From Macrostomum lignano (Eukaryota), in the NCBI GenBank assembly GCA_002269645.1, contig NIVC01001104.1, forward strand, positions 248,001 to 312,000: a stretch of 64,000 nucleotides of DNA, in the 5' to 3' direction. Both the position numbers and the translations under genes were made by a program. The notes beneath the pieces are model-generated. The model worked only from the letters and a program-made list of their open reading frames with translations. It did no database searches and was not told where the DNA came from. Below are positions 24,263 through 36,036 of this stretch, in pieces; the stretch's first letter is position 1, and every line of letters starts with the position of its first letter.

Positions 24263-24454
24263 GACTTAACCATGCGTAACGCTGTACCAAGGCTTGGAAT
24301 TGATCATTTAAAATTTTATTGAAACAGCCGCACTATCAAATACGAGCAAATGACATATCTTCTTAGCAGTTACAGCTCAGGATGAGTGACAGCTAGCAGT
24401 GACACGCGTAATTAATAGCGTGGGCGCCCAGAGCCCAGCCCTATCTAGGCTCTC

Positions 24455-24865
24455 AGTCACGCGTAGGGGCTTGACTATCTTGCACTCCAATAAACCCCTT
24501 CGAAGGACCTAAGATATGAAAAGTGGATTGAATGAAAGTACCTACGTACTTATGTGCAAATCTCATTAAATATACTGTCTGACCGTCTGTTGTGCAGCAG
24601 AGCGAGTGCACTGGAAAGTGCTTCTGTCATCCCAGCTAAAATCTCATGGCCTACTAAAGTAAAACTAGGGTCGAAAAACTCCAGCCCACAAAGCCTCTAT
24701 TCGGGCCTCTGGTCCTTTGAAACTTCACAACAGAAATCCGGCCCGCTCAAGGTTTGTGTCTCTTCTGTCTCTAATCTCCCCTCTCTTCTCTTTTCCCTCT
24801 TCTCTCTCCCCTCCTCTGACTGGCAACAATGCTCTAGGTTCTCAATCTGGCTTTTGAGGTAAAAA
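24455..24865 (+). repeat. Dispersed composite repeat (unclassified ~200-bp segment plus hAT-like MITE end); diverged copies at ~26357-26830 and ~29747-30240
   Basis: Shared ggctctcagtcacgcgtaggggcttgactat...ctactaaagtaaaa followed by (c)aggggtcgaaaaactcc..gccc, a Charlie/hAT-like terminus. Confidence 0.7.
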
Positions 24866-25300
24866 GTCTACCGACCCGTTATTCACCTGAATTTTGCTAG
24901 ATGGGAACTTTTCAGGTGTTTATCGCAAAATTCCCAATATTTATCTCCCCAGTTTTTGGGCTTCCAAATCTAGTTTTAATCACAGGTTCACCTAGAGTTG
25001 CACTTTTTCTATATAAACGGATTTTCTTAGTTGCTGCCTTCTTTGCATAGCCTTAGATGGGTTTTTACCATAGACTTGTACTGTATTTGAAAGTAGTGCT
25101 GAATTTCTACTTTCTTAAACATACGAGTATCTTTGCATCCCTGTTGTAACTCAATCTCAAAGCTTCTGCACCTTTTTACAAAACGTAAATTAGCATCCAT
25201 ACACTGGAGAGAGAGACAGTGCTGATACTGCACAATGCAGCAAGCGCTATAAGATTTGCGCATTGCTTTCAGGAAAGACAAACGTTGAAGATCAATTGTC

Positions 25301-25772
25301 ATGGGTCAGCTGTTCGCTAGGAGCAGCTGTAGAGCTGTGGCAAGCTTTCTGCTCGTGCTCACCCCAGCCGCCTCGGCCGCCTACTGCCTGGGCGATGAGG
25401 AGGTCAGTAAGCAGCTGGCCAGTTTGAAGCAGAGAATCTTGCAAAGATTGGAGCGAGTGTACAAAATTGACAATCCCGATCGGCACTGCAAAATTAACTG
25501 CGTCAGTCTCGGCTGGCTCAGTGAACAGCGCCAGTTCAGGCCGGTAGACTGCCTGCTGCTGATTGACTCCGGCTGCAGGCAGTCTGGCGGCTGCGCCACC
25601 GCCTGTCAGCAGGTGCTGGACTACCCGGCTGGCGACCTGGTGCTGCTGCTGACGGCCGGAGACAGCAGCGCTACCGTTGACCGGCTGAACGGCTATGGTC
25701 GGAGATTCGCCTGCGCAGATTATCAGGAGGCGACCGAGTGCGCTTGTCACGTGATCTACGAGAGACTGACAG
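25301..25772 (+). CDS. First coding exon of a putative secreted or membrane Cys-rich protein (partial; downstream exons not identified)
   Basis: An acceptor tttcAG lies ~30 nt upstream of the ATG. Signal-peptide-like VASFLLVLTPAASA, Cys-rich GC-rich ORF, and a strong donor ACAG|GTGAGT at 25773. Confidence 0.5.
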
Positions 25773-26170
25773 GTGAGTGCGCCTGTCACGTGATCTACGA
25801 GAGACTGACAGGTGAGTGCGCCTGTCACGTGATCTACGAGAGACTGACAGGTGAGTGCGCCTGTCACGTGATCTACGAGAGACTGACAGGTAAGTACGCC
25901 TGTCACGTGATCTAAGAGAGACTGACAGGGGAGTTCGCTGGTCACGTGATCTACGAGAGACTGACAGGTGAGTGCGCCTGTCACGTGATCTACGAGAGAC
26001 TGACAGGTAAGTACGCCTGTCACGTGATCTAAGAGAGACTGACAGGGGAGTTCGCTGGTCACGTGATCTACGAGAGACTGACAGGTGAGTACGCTTGTCA
26101 CGTGATCTACGAGAGACTGACAGGTGAGTTCGCTGGTCACGTGATCTATGAGAGACTGACAGGCGAGTAT
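25737..26170. repeat. 39-bp minisatellite containing the splice donor (GACAG|GTGAGTGCGCCTGTCACGTGATCTACGAGAGACT)
   Basis: About 11 units; two more copies lie in the duplicated block at 29464-29550. Confidence 0.95.
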
Positions 26171-27033
26171 GCGAGCCATACGGACAAGGGCACTGGCGCC
26201 AATTGAGCAGATTTGTGCGCATCGTACCAAACATTTGCCTCTTCTTTTGAACTTCTCAATTGGCAAAGAAGCGACTTGACTTCCTTGACTCAGCTGCGGG
26301 GGGCTTCGGGCATCCGGATACAGCGGGGAGGCGTCAGCTGTGCGCTTAGAGCCCGGCCTTACAGGCTCTCAGTCACGCGTAGGGGCTTGACTATATTTTC
26401 TACTCCAGTAACCCCTTCGAAAAAAACCTAAGATATGAAAACTCGATCGAATGAAAGTACCTAAGAGTATGTAATTGCGCTATTATGCGCTAATCTCATT
26501 AATTATACTGTCGGTTGTGCAGCAGAGCGAGTGCACTGAAAAGTGCTTCTGTCATCCCAGCTGAAATCTCATAGCCTACTAAAGTAAAACAGGGGTCGAA
26601 AAACTCCGGCCCGCAAAGCCTCTCTATTCGGGCCTCGGGTCCTTTGAAACTTCACAACAGCAATCCGGCCCGCTCAAAGTTTGTGTCTCTTCTCAGCTCT
26701 CTCTCTCTCTCACTCTCTCTCTCTCTCTCTCTCTCACACACACTCTCTCTCTCTCTCTCTCTCTCTCTTCTATCACGTCTGTCCTCTCCTCTCCTCTCCT
26801 CTCCTCTCCTCTTGTCTCCAATTTCATCGCTCCTCTCATTTCCTCTCTTCTTTTTTGGGAAATCCGGAGTTCTCGCGCGGAGAGATCCGGTGGTGCCGGT
26901 GTCCGCAGCGCGGTCCCCCTCCGGAGAGTCCAGAAGGTGGATTGTCGCTCGCCCAGTAGCCCTTAGGTAGCGGACAAGCTAGCAGAGATTCTCGGGCCTG
27001 AAAAGGTTGGAGAGGTCCGGTTTGGGTCGAGGC
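26078..27033. repeat. Left copy of a ~960-bp direct duplication flanking the LINE
   Basis: Nearly identical to 29464-30424; differs in homopolymer/microsatellite lengths and at least one substitution (agctagcag vs agctggcag). Confidence 0.93.
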
Positions 27034-29463
27034 TTGACTTGACTTAGCTGCAGGGCTGTCCCGGAGGGGACACAGCGGGAAGGCGCGGGCGCCCATTCCG
27101 CTAGTCCCTGAACGGCCGACGCGTCGCTATGGACGGAGGGTTGGCGCCGCCCAGGGAGGTCCCCCAGTGTCGCCAGCAGCTATGGTGCTCTCTGGAAAGG
27201 AGAGTTCAGCCCTGCGGGTGGCCCGAAGGTAGCGCATGAGCTGATTAAAGTTTTCGGGTTTGCACGCTTCAGTAATAGATGTGTGTGGCCCGAGGTAAGT
27301 GAGTCTGGCCCGCGTGAAGGCGGGACAGATGCTGACGAAATGCTCAGCGGTTTCGTCACCTGAGTTGCAGAAACTACAGGTGGCGTTGGTGGCGTTGCCC
27401 TGCAGGTACTGGTGCCTGGAGAAGCAGCCGTGACCAGAGAGGGTCATGGTGGCAGCCCGGATGTCTCTGCGCGAGAGGCGCAAGAGGAGCTTCCGGAGCT
27501 GGTGAGAGGGCTGAGGGACAGCGCCTCTGGATTGCCTGCAGTTCGTGCGGTTCGCCCAAGTCGAGCGGTGCTGAGTCCTGATCCACGCTTTGATGCGCGA
27601 GTCGATGACACAGCCAGGGATCGGGACAAGAGGTTCGGGGCCGAGAGAGGAGCCGGAGGCACCAACTTTTGCAAGGGTGTCAGCCAACTCATTTCCTCGG
27701 ATCCCCACATGCCCCGGAACCCACTTAAGGGTAATTTTGTTGGCGGAACCCAACACATTGAGGAGTTTGATACAGTCAAGGACTGTAGCAGAGTTGGTGC
27801 TGCAGCCACTGATGGCGTGCAAGGCAGCTTGGCTGTCCGAATGGAAAATGATGTTCTTACCAGTAACGCCAGTGGCGAGAAGCTCTGCAGTGCAGGAGCT
27901 GATGGCCAGAACTTCATTTTGGAAAACACTGGAGTTGACCCCAGTGTATTGAGCGTGGGTAGCGATGACCCTCCCGTTCAGAAAGATTCCAACACCAAAG
28001 CCGGTGTTGGCTGACTGCTTAGAACCGTCGGTGTAGCAATGAAGCTCACCAGGGTTCCAATGGTCATTGATGTTATCGCGCGAGTCGATAGCTACGGAGT
28101 AGCGCTGTCTCAGGTTGAGCGTTGAGGCAATGCCATCGGTGAAGACGCGATTGGCCTGACACTCGTTGAGAAAGTTGAGGCACAGATCGCTATGCGGGAC
28201 AAGGTTCCGCTTAGCAGGTGCTCTCATGTAAATGAATTTGACGCCGGCATCAATTAGACGCCGCGTCGTTCTAGCCGCCTCACCCCTGATGAAGAGGTCA
28301 AGAGGCGGAAGATTAAGAAAGGCCCCCATGCCAGCAAAGGGCGTGGACCTGGTGGCGTTGCAGATGAGCCTACACGCTCTGCCTTGGATCGTGTTGAGCA
28401 GGTCTGCATGGCTTTTGACCTGGGTAGCGCTAACCCAGACAACAGAGGCGTACGTAATGGCAGGTCTAACTACGGAAGTATAGATCCACCAAAGCCGCTT
28501 TGGGATAGACCCCAAGAAGTGCCAAGTGCTCGTCGGAGCTGGGCCAGGATGGCTGAGGCACGCTTAGCTTTTGCTTTCACGTGGAAGGACCAGTTGAGCC
28601 GGTGGTCAAGTGTGACCCCGAGACATCTGGTCTGGTGCGCGAAGGCAATATCTCTGCCGTAGAGCTGCAGAGGACGTATGTTCCAGCGTAGTCTGCTGGT
28701 AAACATAATGGCAACGGTTTTGGGCTCAGAGAGTTCCAAACCATTGTCATTGGCCCAGGATTCTGCTTTGCGGATAAAGCTCTGCATCAGATCCCTGAGC
28801 GTGCTGGGAGACGGTCCTGCCACAATGGCCGTGACGTCATCAGCATACCCGACTTTGAAGACGGGGTCAGGTCGGGAGTCACTCAGAAGAGCGTCCATGA
28901 CCAGGTTCCAGAGCGTCGGGGTGAGGACTCCGCCTTGGGGTCCACCCTTACAGACTCTGGTGGAGGCAGTTTGCCCAAGAAGTTGGGCAGTGACCGTACG
29001 GTTGGAGATCATGTACATGATCCACCGTATGAGGGTAGCATGAGCTTTGCGATTTTGAAGGGCCCTCTGAAACGCTTCAAAGATAACGTTGTCGAAGGCG
29101 CCAACAATGTCAAGAAAGAGAGCCAGGGCGTAACCGTCACCCAGTACCGCCCGTTCAATCTTTTCGACAATCGCATGCAGGGCGCTGTCAGTCGACCTCC
29201 CGGTACGGAAGGCGTGCTGATTATTGCTGAGGGGCATCGCTGTCAGCTCGCAGGAGAGCAGCCGCCAGAGAATAAGCCTCTCAGTGAGCTTAAGCATTGC
29301 TGACGTTAAGCTAATTGGCCGGAAGGCCTTGACGCTTTGGTAGTCACCCTTCCCAGGTTTGGGAATAAAGACTACTCGAGCTTCAGTCCAGCTTTTGGGA
29401 ACGTATCCCAGCTGGATAGAGGCCCGCATAAGATTGCGGGTGAGTCTCAGGAAGGTGAGTACG
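27034..29463 (-). mobile_element. 5'-truncated non-LTR retrotransposon (RT + RNase H + CCHC; LOA/Lian-like, I/R1 group)
   Basis: RT: FIPKPGK...FRPISLTS, QHAFR, FLDIVGAFD, GGPQGGVLTPTLW, YADD, RCLGVTLD. RNase H: YTDGS, SVFQNEVLAI, SDSQAAL, WVPGHVGIRGNELAD. Also CSFC...TAEHFVSIC and a (TCAAG)n 3' tail at 27034. A 1-nt deletion at ~28500-28505 splits ORF2. Confidence 0.92.
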
Positions 29464-30099
29464 CTGACAGGTGAGTACGCTTGTCACGTGATCTACGAGA
29501 GACTGACAGGTGAGTTCGCTGGTCACGTGATCTATGAGAGACTGACAGGCGAGTATGCGAGCCATACGGACAAGGGCACTGGCGCCAATTGAGCAGATTT
29601 GTGCGCATCGTACCAAACATTTGCCTCTTCTTTTGAACTTCTCAATTGGCAAAGAAGCGACTTGACTTCCTTGACTCAGCTGCGGGGGCTTCGGGCATCC
29701 GGATACAGCGGGGAGGCGTCAGCTGTGCGCTTAGAGCCCGGCCTTACAGGCTCTCAGTCACGCGTAGGGGCTTGACTATATTTTCTACTCCAGTAACCCC
29801 TTCGAAAAAAACCTAAGATATGAAAACTCGATCGAATGAAAGTACCTAAGAGTATGTAATTGCGCTATTATGCGCTAATCTCATTAATTATACTGTCGGT
29901 TGTGCAGCAGAGCGAGTGCACTGAAAAGTGCTTCTGTCATCCCAGCTGAAATCTCATAGCCTACTAAAGTAAAACAGGGGTCGAAAAACTCCGGCCCGCA
30001 AAGCCTCTCTATTCGGGCCTCGGGTCCTTTGAAACTTCACAACAGCAATCCGGCCCGCTCAAAGTTTGTGTCTCTTCTCAGCTCTCTCTCTCTCTCTCA

Positions 30100-30134
<35 letters not shown>

Positions 30135-30424
30135 TCTCTCTCTCTCTCTCTCTCTCTCTTCTATCACGTCTGTCCTCTCCTCTCCTCTCCTCTCCTCTCC
30201 TCTTGTCTCCAATTTCATCGCTCCTCTCATTTCCTCTCTTCTTTTTTGGGAAATCCGGAGTTCTCGCGCGGAGAGATCCGGTGGTGCCGGTGTCCGCAGC
30301 GCGGTCCCCCTCCGGAGAGTCCAGAAGGTGGATTGTCGCTCGCCCAGTAGCCCTTAGGTAGCGGACAAGCTGGCAGAGATTCTCGGGCCTGAAAAGGTTG
30401 GAGAGGTCCGGTTTGGGTCGAGGC
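29464..30424. repeat. Right copy of the ~960-bp direct duplication
   Basis: See 26078-27033. It continues into the rest of the interrupted older LINE fragment. Confidence 0.93.
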
Positions 30425-30655
30425 AGGTGAGCCTGTCCTGAGTAAAGGCGGGGCATTCACAGATGAAGTGCTCCGCATTCTCGACACCGGAGAGGCAGAA
30501 AGTACATTCGTTGCTACAGATTTTTTCCCTGGAGGTGACGATGCCTGGCAAAACAGCCATGACCCGAGAAGGCCATGGTCACCGCCATGATGTCCCTGCG
30601 GTTGAGTCCAAGCCCTGCGGAGGGCGGGGAAAGGACAGGGGAGCTGTCCTCGAAT
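30245..30655 (-). pseudogene. Degraded ORF2 C-terminal fragment of a related LINE
   Basis: Frameshifted translation [59 protein letters not shown] parallels the 27127 ORF (LSRRDIRAATMTLSGHGCFSRH..PENFNQLMRYLRATRR). Confidence 0.8.
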
Positions 30656-31389
30656 AAAACAAATGTTTAATTCATTTGCAATGCCAGAAGCCCAGAAGGT
30701 GAGATATTGGGAATTTTGCGAAATTTGCAACGTCCTATTTTTCGTGTCCATGGGCCCGATAACGAAACTCTTAACCTCACATCCTCGTTGCTGCTTTTAA
30801 AAACATCCGGCCCTAAAAATATATTGAATTTCAGCCATGCCAATCCGCATTTGCGTTAGCTCTTGACCCCTGCGCCACATTTCAGACATCAGCTTGTTGA
30901 TTGCCAATCTACGAGGCGTTCCTTGAGGTCCCTGGGGCAGATTCTTTACAAACCGGATGTTAGACAGACAGACAGACGGACGGACAAAACACTGTTATTC
31001 TTTTAGCTTTGACTCATTTTGTTTATGAGCAAGTGTCAATTATTTCTCCGTAATTATTTACCATCTATAGACACCTGTACCCTCACAGCATGAGCTTTAT
31101 TAAACAACTCACAATAGCACAATAGCATCTGTTTTGAATTACACTGTAAATAGTTGTATACGCTAGCATTCAGGATGCTGCTTCAAAAACTCTCGTAGTT
31201 GTTTTTCAAGATTAAAAATAAATAAACAGCAGCGTACGCAACTGAACTGTGTGCACACAGTGTGCTAATTTATTTCTCGAGAGCAATACTAACTGACAAA
31301 AAATAACTCCTAACTGCATGCTTCCAGCTCATTTCTAAGATACTCCAGTGTAGCGTTCATGGACATAAAACTCCTTTTCCCGATCCAAG

Positions 31390-34102
31390 CACGGGCGCGT
31401 CGCCACCGGGGGACAGGGGGACATGTCCCGCACCCGGTAAAAGCTTTGGGGGTGACATGCCAATGCTTTGTCCACCCCACCCCACCTTGTGACCCGTTGT
31501 GGGGATCAAAAAGTTTTCTTCAGGGCGCCAAAATATAGCGCCTTCAATGCCAAAATAAGTGCCTGCGGCGCCAAAATGTGCCTGCGGCGCTAAAATGAGT
31601 GCCTGCGGCGCCAAAATGTGCCTGCGGCGCTAAAATGAGTGCCTTCGGCGCTAAAATGAGTGCCTGCGGCGCCAAAATGTGCCTGCGGCGCTAAAATGAG
31701 TGCTTTCGGCGCTAAAATGAGTGCCTTCGGCGCTAAAATGAGTGCCTTCGGCGCCAAAATGAGTGCCTGCGGCGCCAAAATGAGTGCCTTCGGCGCCAAA
31801 ATGAGTGCCTGGGGCGCCAAAATGAGTGCCTGCGGCGCTAAAATGTGACTGCGGCGCTAAAATGAGTGCCTTCGACGCCAAAATGAGTGCCTGCGGCGCC
31901 AAAATGTGCCTGCGGCGCTAAATGAGTGCCTGCGGCGCCAAAATGTGCCTGCGGCGCTAAAATGAGTGCCTTCGACGCCAAAACAAGTGCCTGCGGCGCC
32001 AAAATGTGCCTGCGGCGCTAAAATGAGTGCCTGGGGCGCCAAAATGTGCCTGCGGCGCTAAAATGAGTGCCTTCGACGCCAAAACAAGTGCCTGCGGCGC
32101 CAAAATGTGCCTGCGGCGCTAAAATGAGTGCCTGCGGCGCTAAAATGAGTGCCTGGGGCGCCAAAATGAGTGCCTGCGGCGCTAAAATGAGTGCCTTCGA
32201 CGCCAAAATGAGTGCCTGCGGCGCCAAAATGTGCCTGCGGCGCTAAAATGAGTGCCTTCGACGCCAAAACAAGTGCCTGCGGCGCCAAAATGTGCCTGCG
32301 GCGCTAAAATGAGTGCCTGGGGCGCCAAAATGTGCCTGCGGCGCTAAAATGAGTGCCTTCGACGCCAAAACAAGTGCCTGCGGCGCCAAAATGTGCCTGC
32401 GGCGCTAAAATGAGTGCCTTCGACGCCAAAACAAGTGCCTGCGGCGCCAAAATTTAGCGTAGCAGGCCTCGATAAAATGAGTGCCTTCGACGCCAAAATG
32501 AGTGCCTGCGGCGCCAAAATGTGCCTGCGGCGCTAAAATGAGTGCCTGCGGCGCTAAAATGAGTGCCTGGGGCGCTAAAATGAGTGCCTGCGGCGCTAAA
32601 ATGAGTACCTTCGACGCCAAAATGAGTGCCTGTGGCGCTAAAATGAGTGCCTGGGGCGCCAAAATGAGTGCCTGCGGCGCCAAAATGAGTGCCCGCGGCG
32701 CTAAAATGAGTGCCTTCGACGCCAAAATGAGTGCCTGCGGCGCCAAAATGTGCCTGCGGCGCTAAAATGAGTGCCTTCGACGCCAAAATGAGTGCCTGCG
32801 GCGCCAAAATGTGCCTGCGGCGCTAAAATGAGTGCCTTCGACGCCAAAATGAGTGCCTGCGGCGCCAAAATGTGCCTGCGGCGCTAAATTGAGTGCCTGC
32901 GGCGCCAAAATGTGCCTGCGGCGCTAAAATGAGTGCCTGCGGCGCCAAAATTTAGCGTAGCAGGCCTCCATAAAATGAGTGCCTGCGGCGTCAAAATGTG
33001 CCTGGGGCGCCAAAATGAGTGCCTGCGGCGCTAAAATGAGTGCCTTCGACGCTAAAATGAGTGCCTGCGACGCCAAAATGAGTGCCTGCGGCGCTAAAAT
33101 GAGTGCCTGCGGCGCTAAAATGAGTACCTGGGGCGCTAAAATGAGTGCCTGGGGCGCCAAAATGAGTGCCTGCGGTGCCAAAATGTCCCTGCAGCGCTAA
33201 AATGAGTGCTTGCGGCGCTAAAATGTGCCCGTGGCGCCAAAATGTGCCTTCGGCGCTAAAATGAGTGCCTGGGGCGCCAAAATGAGTACCTGCGGCGCTA
33301 AAATGAGTGCCTGGGGCGCCAAAATGAGTGCCTGCGGCGCCAAAATGAGTGCCTGCGGCGCTAAAATGAGTGCCTTCGACGCCAAAATGAGTGCCTGCGG
33401 CGCCAAAATGTGCCTGCGGCGCTAAAATGAGTGCCTGCGGCGCCAAAATGTGCCTGCGGCGCCAAAATGTCCCTGCAGCGCTAAAATGAGTGCCTGCGGC
33501 GCTAAAATGTGCCCGTGGCGCCAAAATGTGCCTTCGGCGCTAAAATGAGTGCCTGGGGCGCCAAAATGAGTACCTGCGGCGCTAAAATGAGTGCCTGGGG
33601 CGCCAAAATGAGTGCCTGCGGCGCTAAAATGAGTGCCTGGGGCGCCAAAATGAGTGCCTGCGGCGCTAAAATGAGTACCTGGGGCGCTAAAATGAGTGCC
33701 TGGGGCGCCAAAATGAGTGCCTGCGGTGCCAAAATGTCCCTGCAGCGCTAAAATGAGTGCCTGCGGCGCTAAAATGTGCCCGTGGCGCCAAAATGTGCCT
33801 TCGGCGCTAAAATGAGTGCCTGGGGCGCCAAAATGAGTACCTGCGGCGCTAAAATGAGTGCCTGGGGCGCCAAAATGAGTGCCTGCGGCGCTAAAATGAG
33901 TGCCTGGGGCGCCAAAATGAGTGCCTGCGGCGCTAAAATGAGTACCTGCGGCGCTAAAATGAGTGCCTTCGGCGCTAAAATGAGCGCTGACAATACGATT
34001 CTCAAAATAATGGAAATGTAAGAATTTAGTCATGTACATGCACATGTTGAACTCTTGGCTTTGTCCCCCCCCCCCACCATGTAATCCATGGCGACGCCCC
34101 TG
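31390..34102. mobile_element. MITE-like DNA element with an expanded internal 19/21-bp satellite
   Basis: Imperfect TIR CACGGGCGCGTCGCCA / TGGCGACGCCCCTG and a 6-bp TSD TCCAAG (31384-31389, 34103-34108). Internal array (GCGCTAAAATGAGTGCCTGCG)n spans ~31560-33985. Confidence 0.85.
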
Positions 34103-34229
34103 TCCAAGCATATTTAAAAACAACTTAAAAAACCTTCAGATCTACCTGCATATGAAGGCCTTCAAATATTAATACTTCTTCCATAGACGCGAGAGAGTTA
34201 CATCCTGATACAAGCGATCTAATATACAG

Positions 34230-34931
34230 TGTTGGGCTGCGCCCTTCCAGTGTGTATGTACTCGTACTTTTGTTTTCAGTTTTCATGCCACCCCGCCCCG
34301 TCCCCCGTCTCGCGCCCGGGCCAGGGTTTGTGAGAGGCGTAAGTCTCAACCCTGGCCTAGCCCTTTGCACCCAGTCCCCGGCCCAATCTCTGTCCAATCT
34401 GGGTGCCCCCCCCCCTCCCTCGTTGCCCGCCTCACCCTGGGGCTGCTCGTATTGGCTGGCTGGCTGATAAGCCGGCTGGGCCCCAGGGTTTGGCTCGCCG
34501 TCTCCATTCTGCCCCACCCCTCCCCCTTTTTTGTGTATTATTTAAATGCTAGCCCTGAGCGGGCTGCGCTCCACGTTTGCTCTCTATTGGTGTCCGCTTC
34601 GTTCTTACTGTTTTTGCGTTCATCGGCGTACCTCTGCCTTCGCGTGCCAATAACTGCTTCGGGCCAATAAACGCTTCGTGATTAACTCGATATATCAAGA
34701 GGAGGTGAGCTCGAGCTTTCGTTCTTCTGGGTTGCCGCGTGGGGCCGGGATCTGCAGGGACCTGGGAACGGTGAACTCTCGCCGATCCCAGGGTGTTCGG
34801 CCAGGCGAACTCTCGCCGAACCGAGCGAGACAGGGTAGGAATAGCCGGGGTGAGGGCTGGGACAGGGGTGTCTCAGGCGGGGAGGGCCCGAACCTTGACC
34901 CGTCCAGCGGCCATTAGGCCGAGACACAACA
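34230..34931 (+). repeat. 5' LTR (702 bp)
   Basis: TGTTG..CAACA termini, TATA-like TATTTAAA at ~34538 and AATAAA at 34666-34671. Confidence 0.97.
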
Positions 34932-34933
34932 AG

Positions 34934-34951
34934 TGGTGCCGTGACCAGGAT
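34934..34951 (+). other. Primer-binding site, tRNA-His type
   Basis: TGGTGCCGTGACCAGGAT lies 2 nt after the LTR and is complementary to the 3' end of eukaryotic tRNA-His (..GUCACGGCACCA). Confidence 0.85.
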
Positions 34952-35055
34952 CAGCGGTCCTCTCCCCTGCTGTCCTGCCGTGTGTTTAGGGTTGTGTGTG
35001 TTGCCTAGTTTATTTGTGTGTTGTTTGCTTCGGTTGTCTCTGTGCTTTTGTAGCC

Positions 35056-36036
35056 ATGGCCAATTTAGACGATCTGATTGACGCCCTGACGGCGCGTCTG
35101 CAAAACGAACTTAATGTGGCACAGCGGGTGCCGAGGCCAAATAAGTACGTGCCCACACAGGACTTTGCCCTTTGGATGCAACAATTCACAGGGTATTGTG
35201 AGGCGGCTCATATTCTAGGGGATCAGCGCAAGCAGGCGCTGCTCAGTCTGCTTGACTTTAATACTGCTTTTAAGGCTGTTGCGAATCTTGAGTTGGCCGA
35301 TGATTTGCCGTATGATGAGTTTGTTGAGCAGCTAGAAGCTAGGTTTGATGAGAATAGGACTGCTCAAGATTACAAGACCGAGTTCCAGAGTAGGAATCAG
35401 AAAGATGGCGAGCCCATTGAAGAATATGCAGACGTGCTCAAGGAGCTTATGAGAAAATCGTACCCAATGCTGCCAGCGGCCCAGCGAGAAGAGTTGGTGA
35501 AAGACAGGTTTTTGAAGGGGATTCGGGTGCCAGCCCGGGTGCTGGAGAGCGTGCTGCTGCAAGCGCCAGAGACGCTCCAGGACGCTATTAGGCGGGTGCG
35601 TCAAGTGAGGGCATCGTTGGCTCTGATGGAGCCCGAGGGCAAGCGAGCTGTGCACATGGTGGGGGGTCAGGCCGCAGCGGCTGGCAACAGCCAGGAGTCC
35701 AGGGCAGCCGCCGAGATAGCAACTCTGAAAGCGGAAGTGGCTCAGCTAAAAGCAAGTGCTGCAGCGCCCACTGCGCCGATGGCGACAGCAAGGTCTGAGC
35801 AGCCAAAAGTGAGCTTGCAGCATCGAGCCCCTGAGCAGAGTCAGCAGCAGAGGCAGTGTGGTCGGTGCCTGCAGACAGGGCATACTACGGCTCGGTGCCG
35901 TAATGCAGTGGTCTGCCGGGAGTGTGGCCAGTCAGGGCACATGCGCAACCGCTGCTATCGTCGGTGGGACCAGTCGGGTTCGGGAAACGGATTGGGGGCT
36001 CGGCCGGGGCACCCGTCCGGGCCCCAGCGTCAGTGA
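35056..36036 (+). CDS. gag: Gag (retrotransposon capsid plus two CCHC zinc knuckles)
   Basis: gccATGg start; knuckles CGRCLQTGHTTARC and CRECGQSGHMRNRC. Confidence 0.9.
   Translation: MANLDDLIDALTARLQNELNVAQRVPRPNKYVPTQDFALWMQQFTGYCEAAHILGDQRKQALLSLLDFNTAFKAVANLELADDLPYDEFVEQLEARFDENRTAQDYKTEFQSRNQKDGEPIEEYADVLKELMRKSYPMLPAAQREELVKDRFLKGIRVPARVLESVLLQAPETLQDAIRRVRQVRASLALMEPEGKRAVHMVGGQAAAAGNSQESRAAAEIATLKAEVAQLKASAAAPTAPMATARSEQPKVSLQHRAPEQSQQQRQCGRCLQTGHTTARCRNAVVCRECGQSGHMRNRCYRRWDQSGSGNGLGARPGHPSGPQRQ

Noticed and set aside
24455-24480. Helitron 3' end (short hairpin plus CTAG) on the minus strand
   Set aside because: The stem is only 5 bp and the CTRR terminus is absent from the sister copies at 26357 and 29747.
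34125-35008. ORFs in or across the LTRs (also 42098-42940)
   Set aside because: They recur simply because the LTR is duplicated and cross the element boundary; there is no domain evidence.
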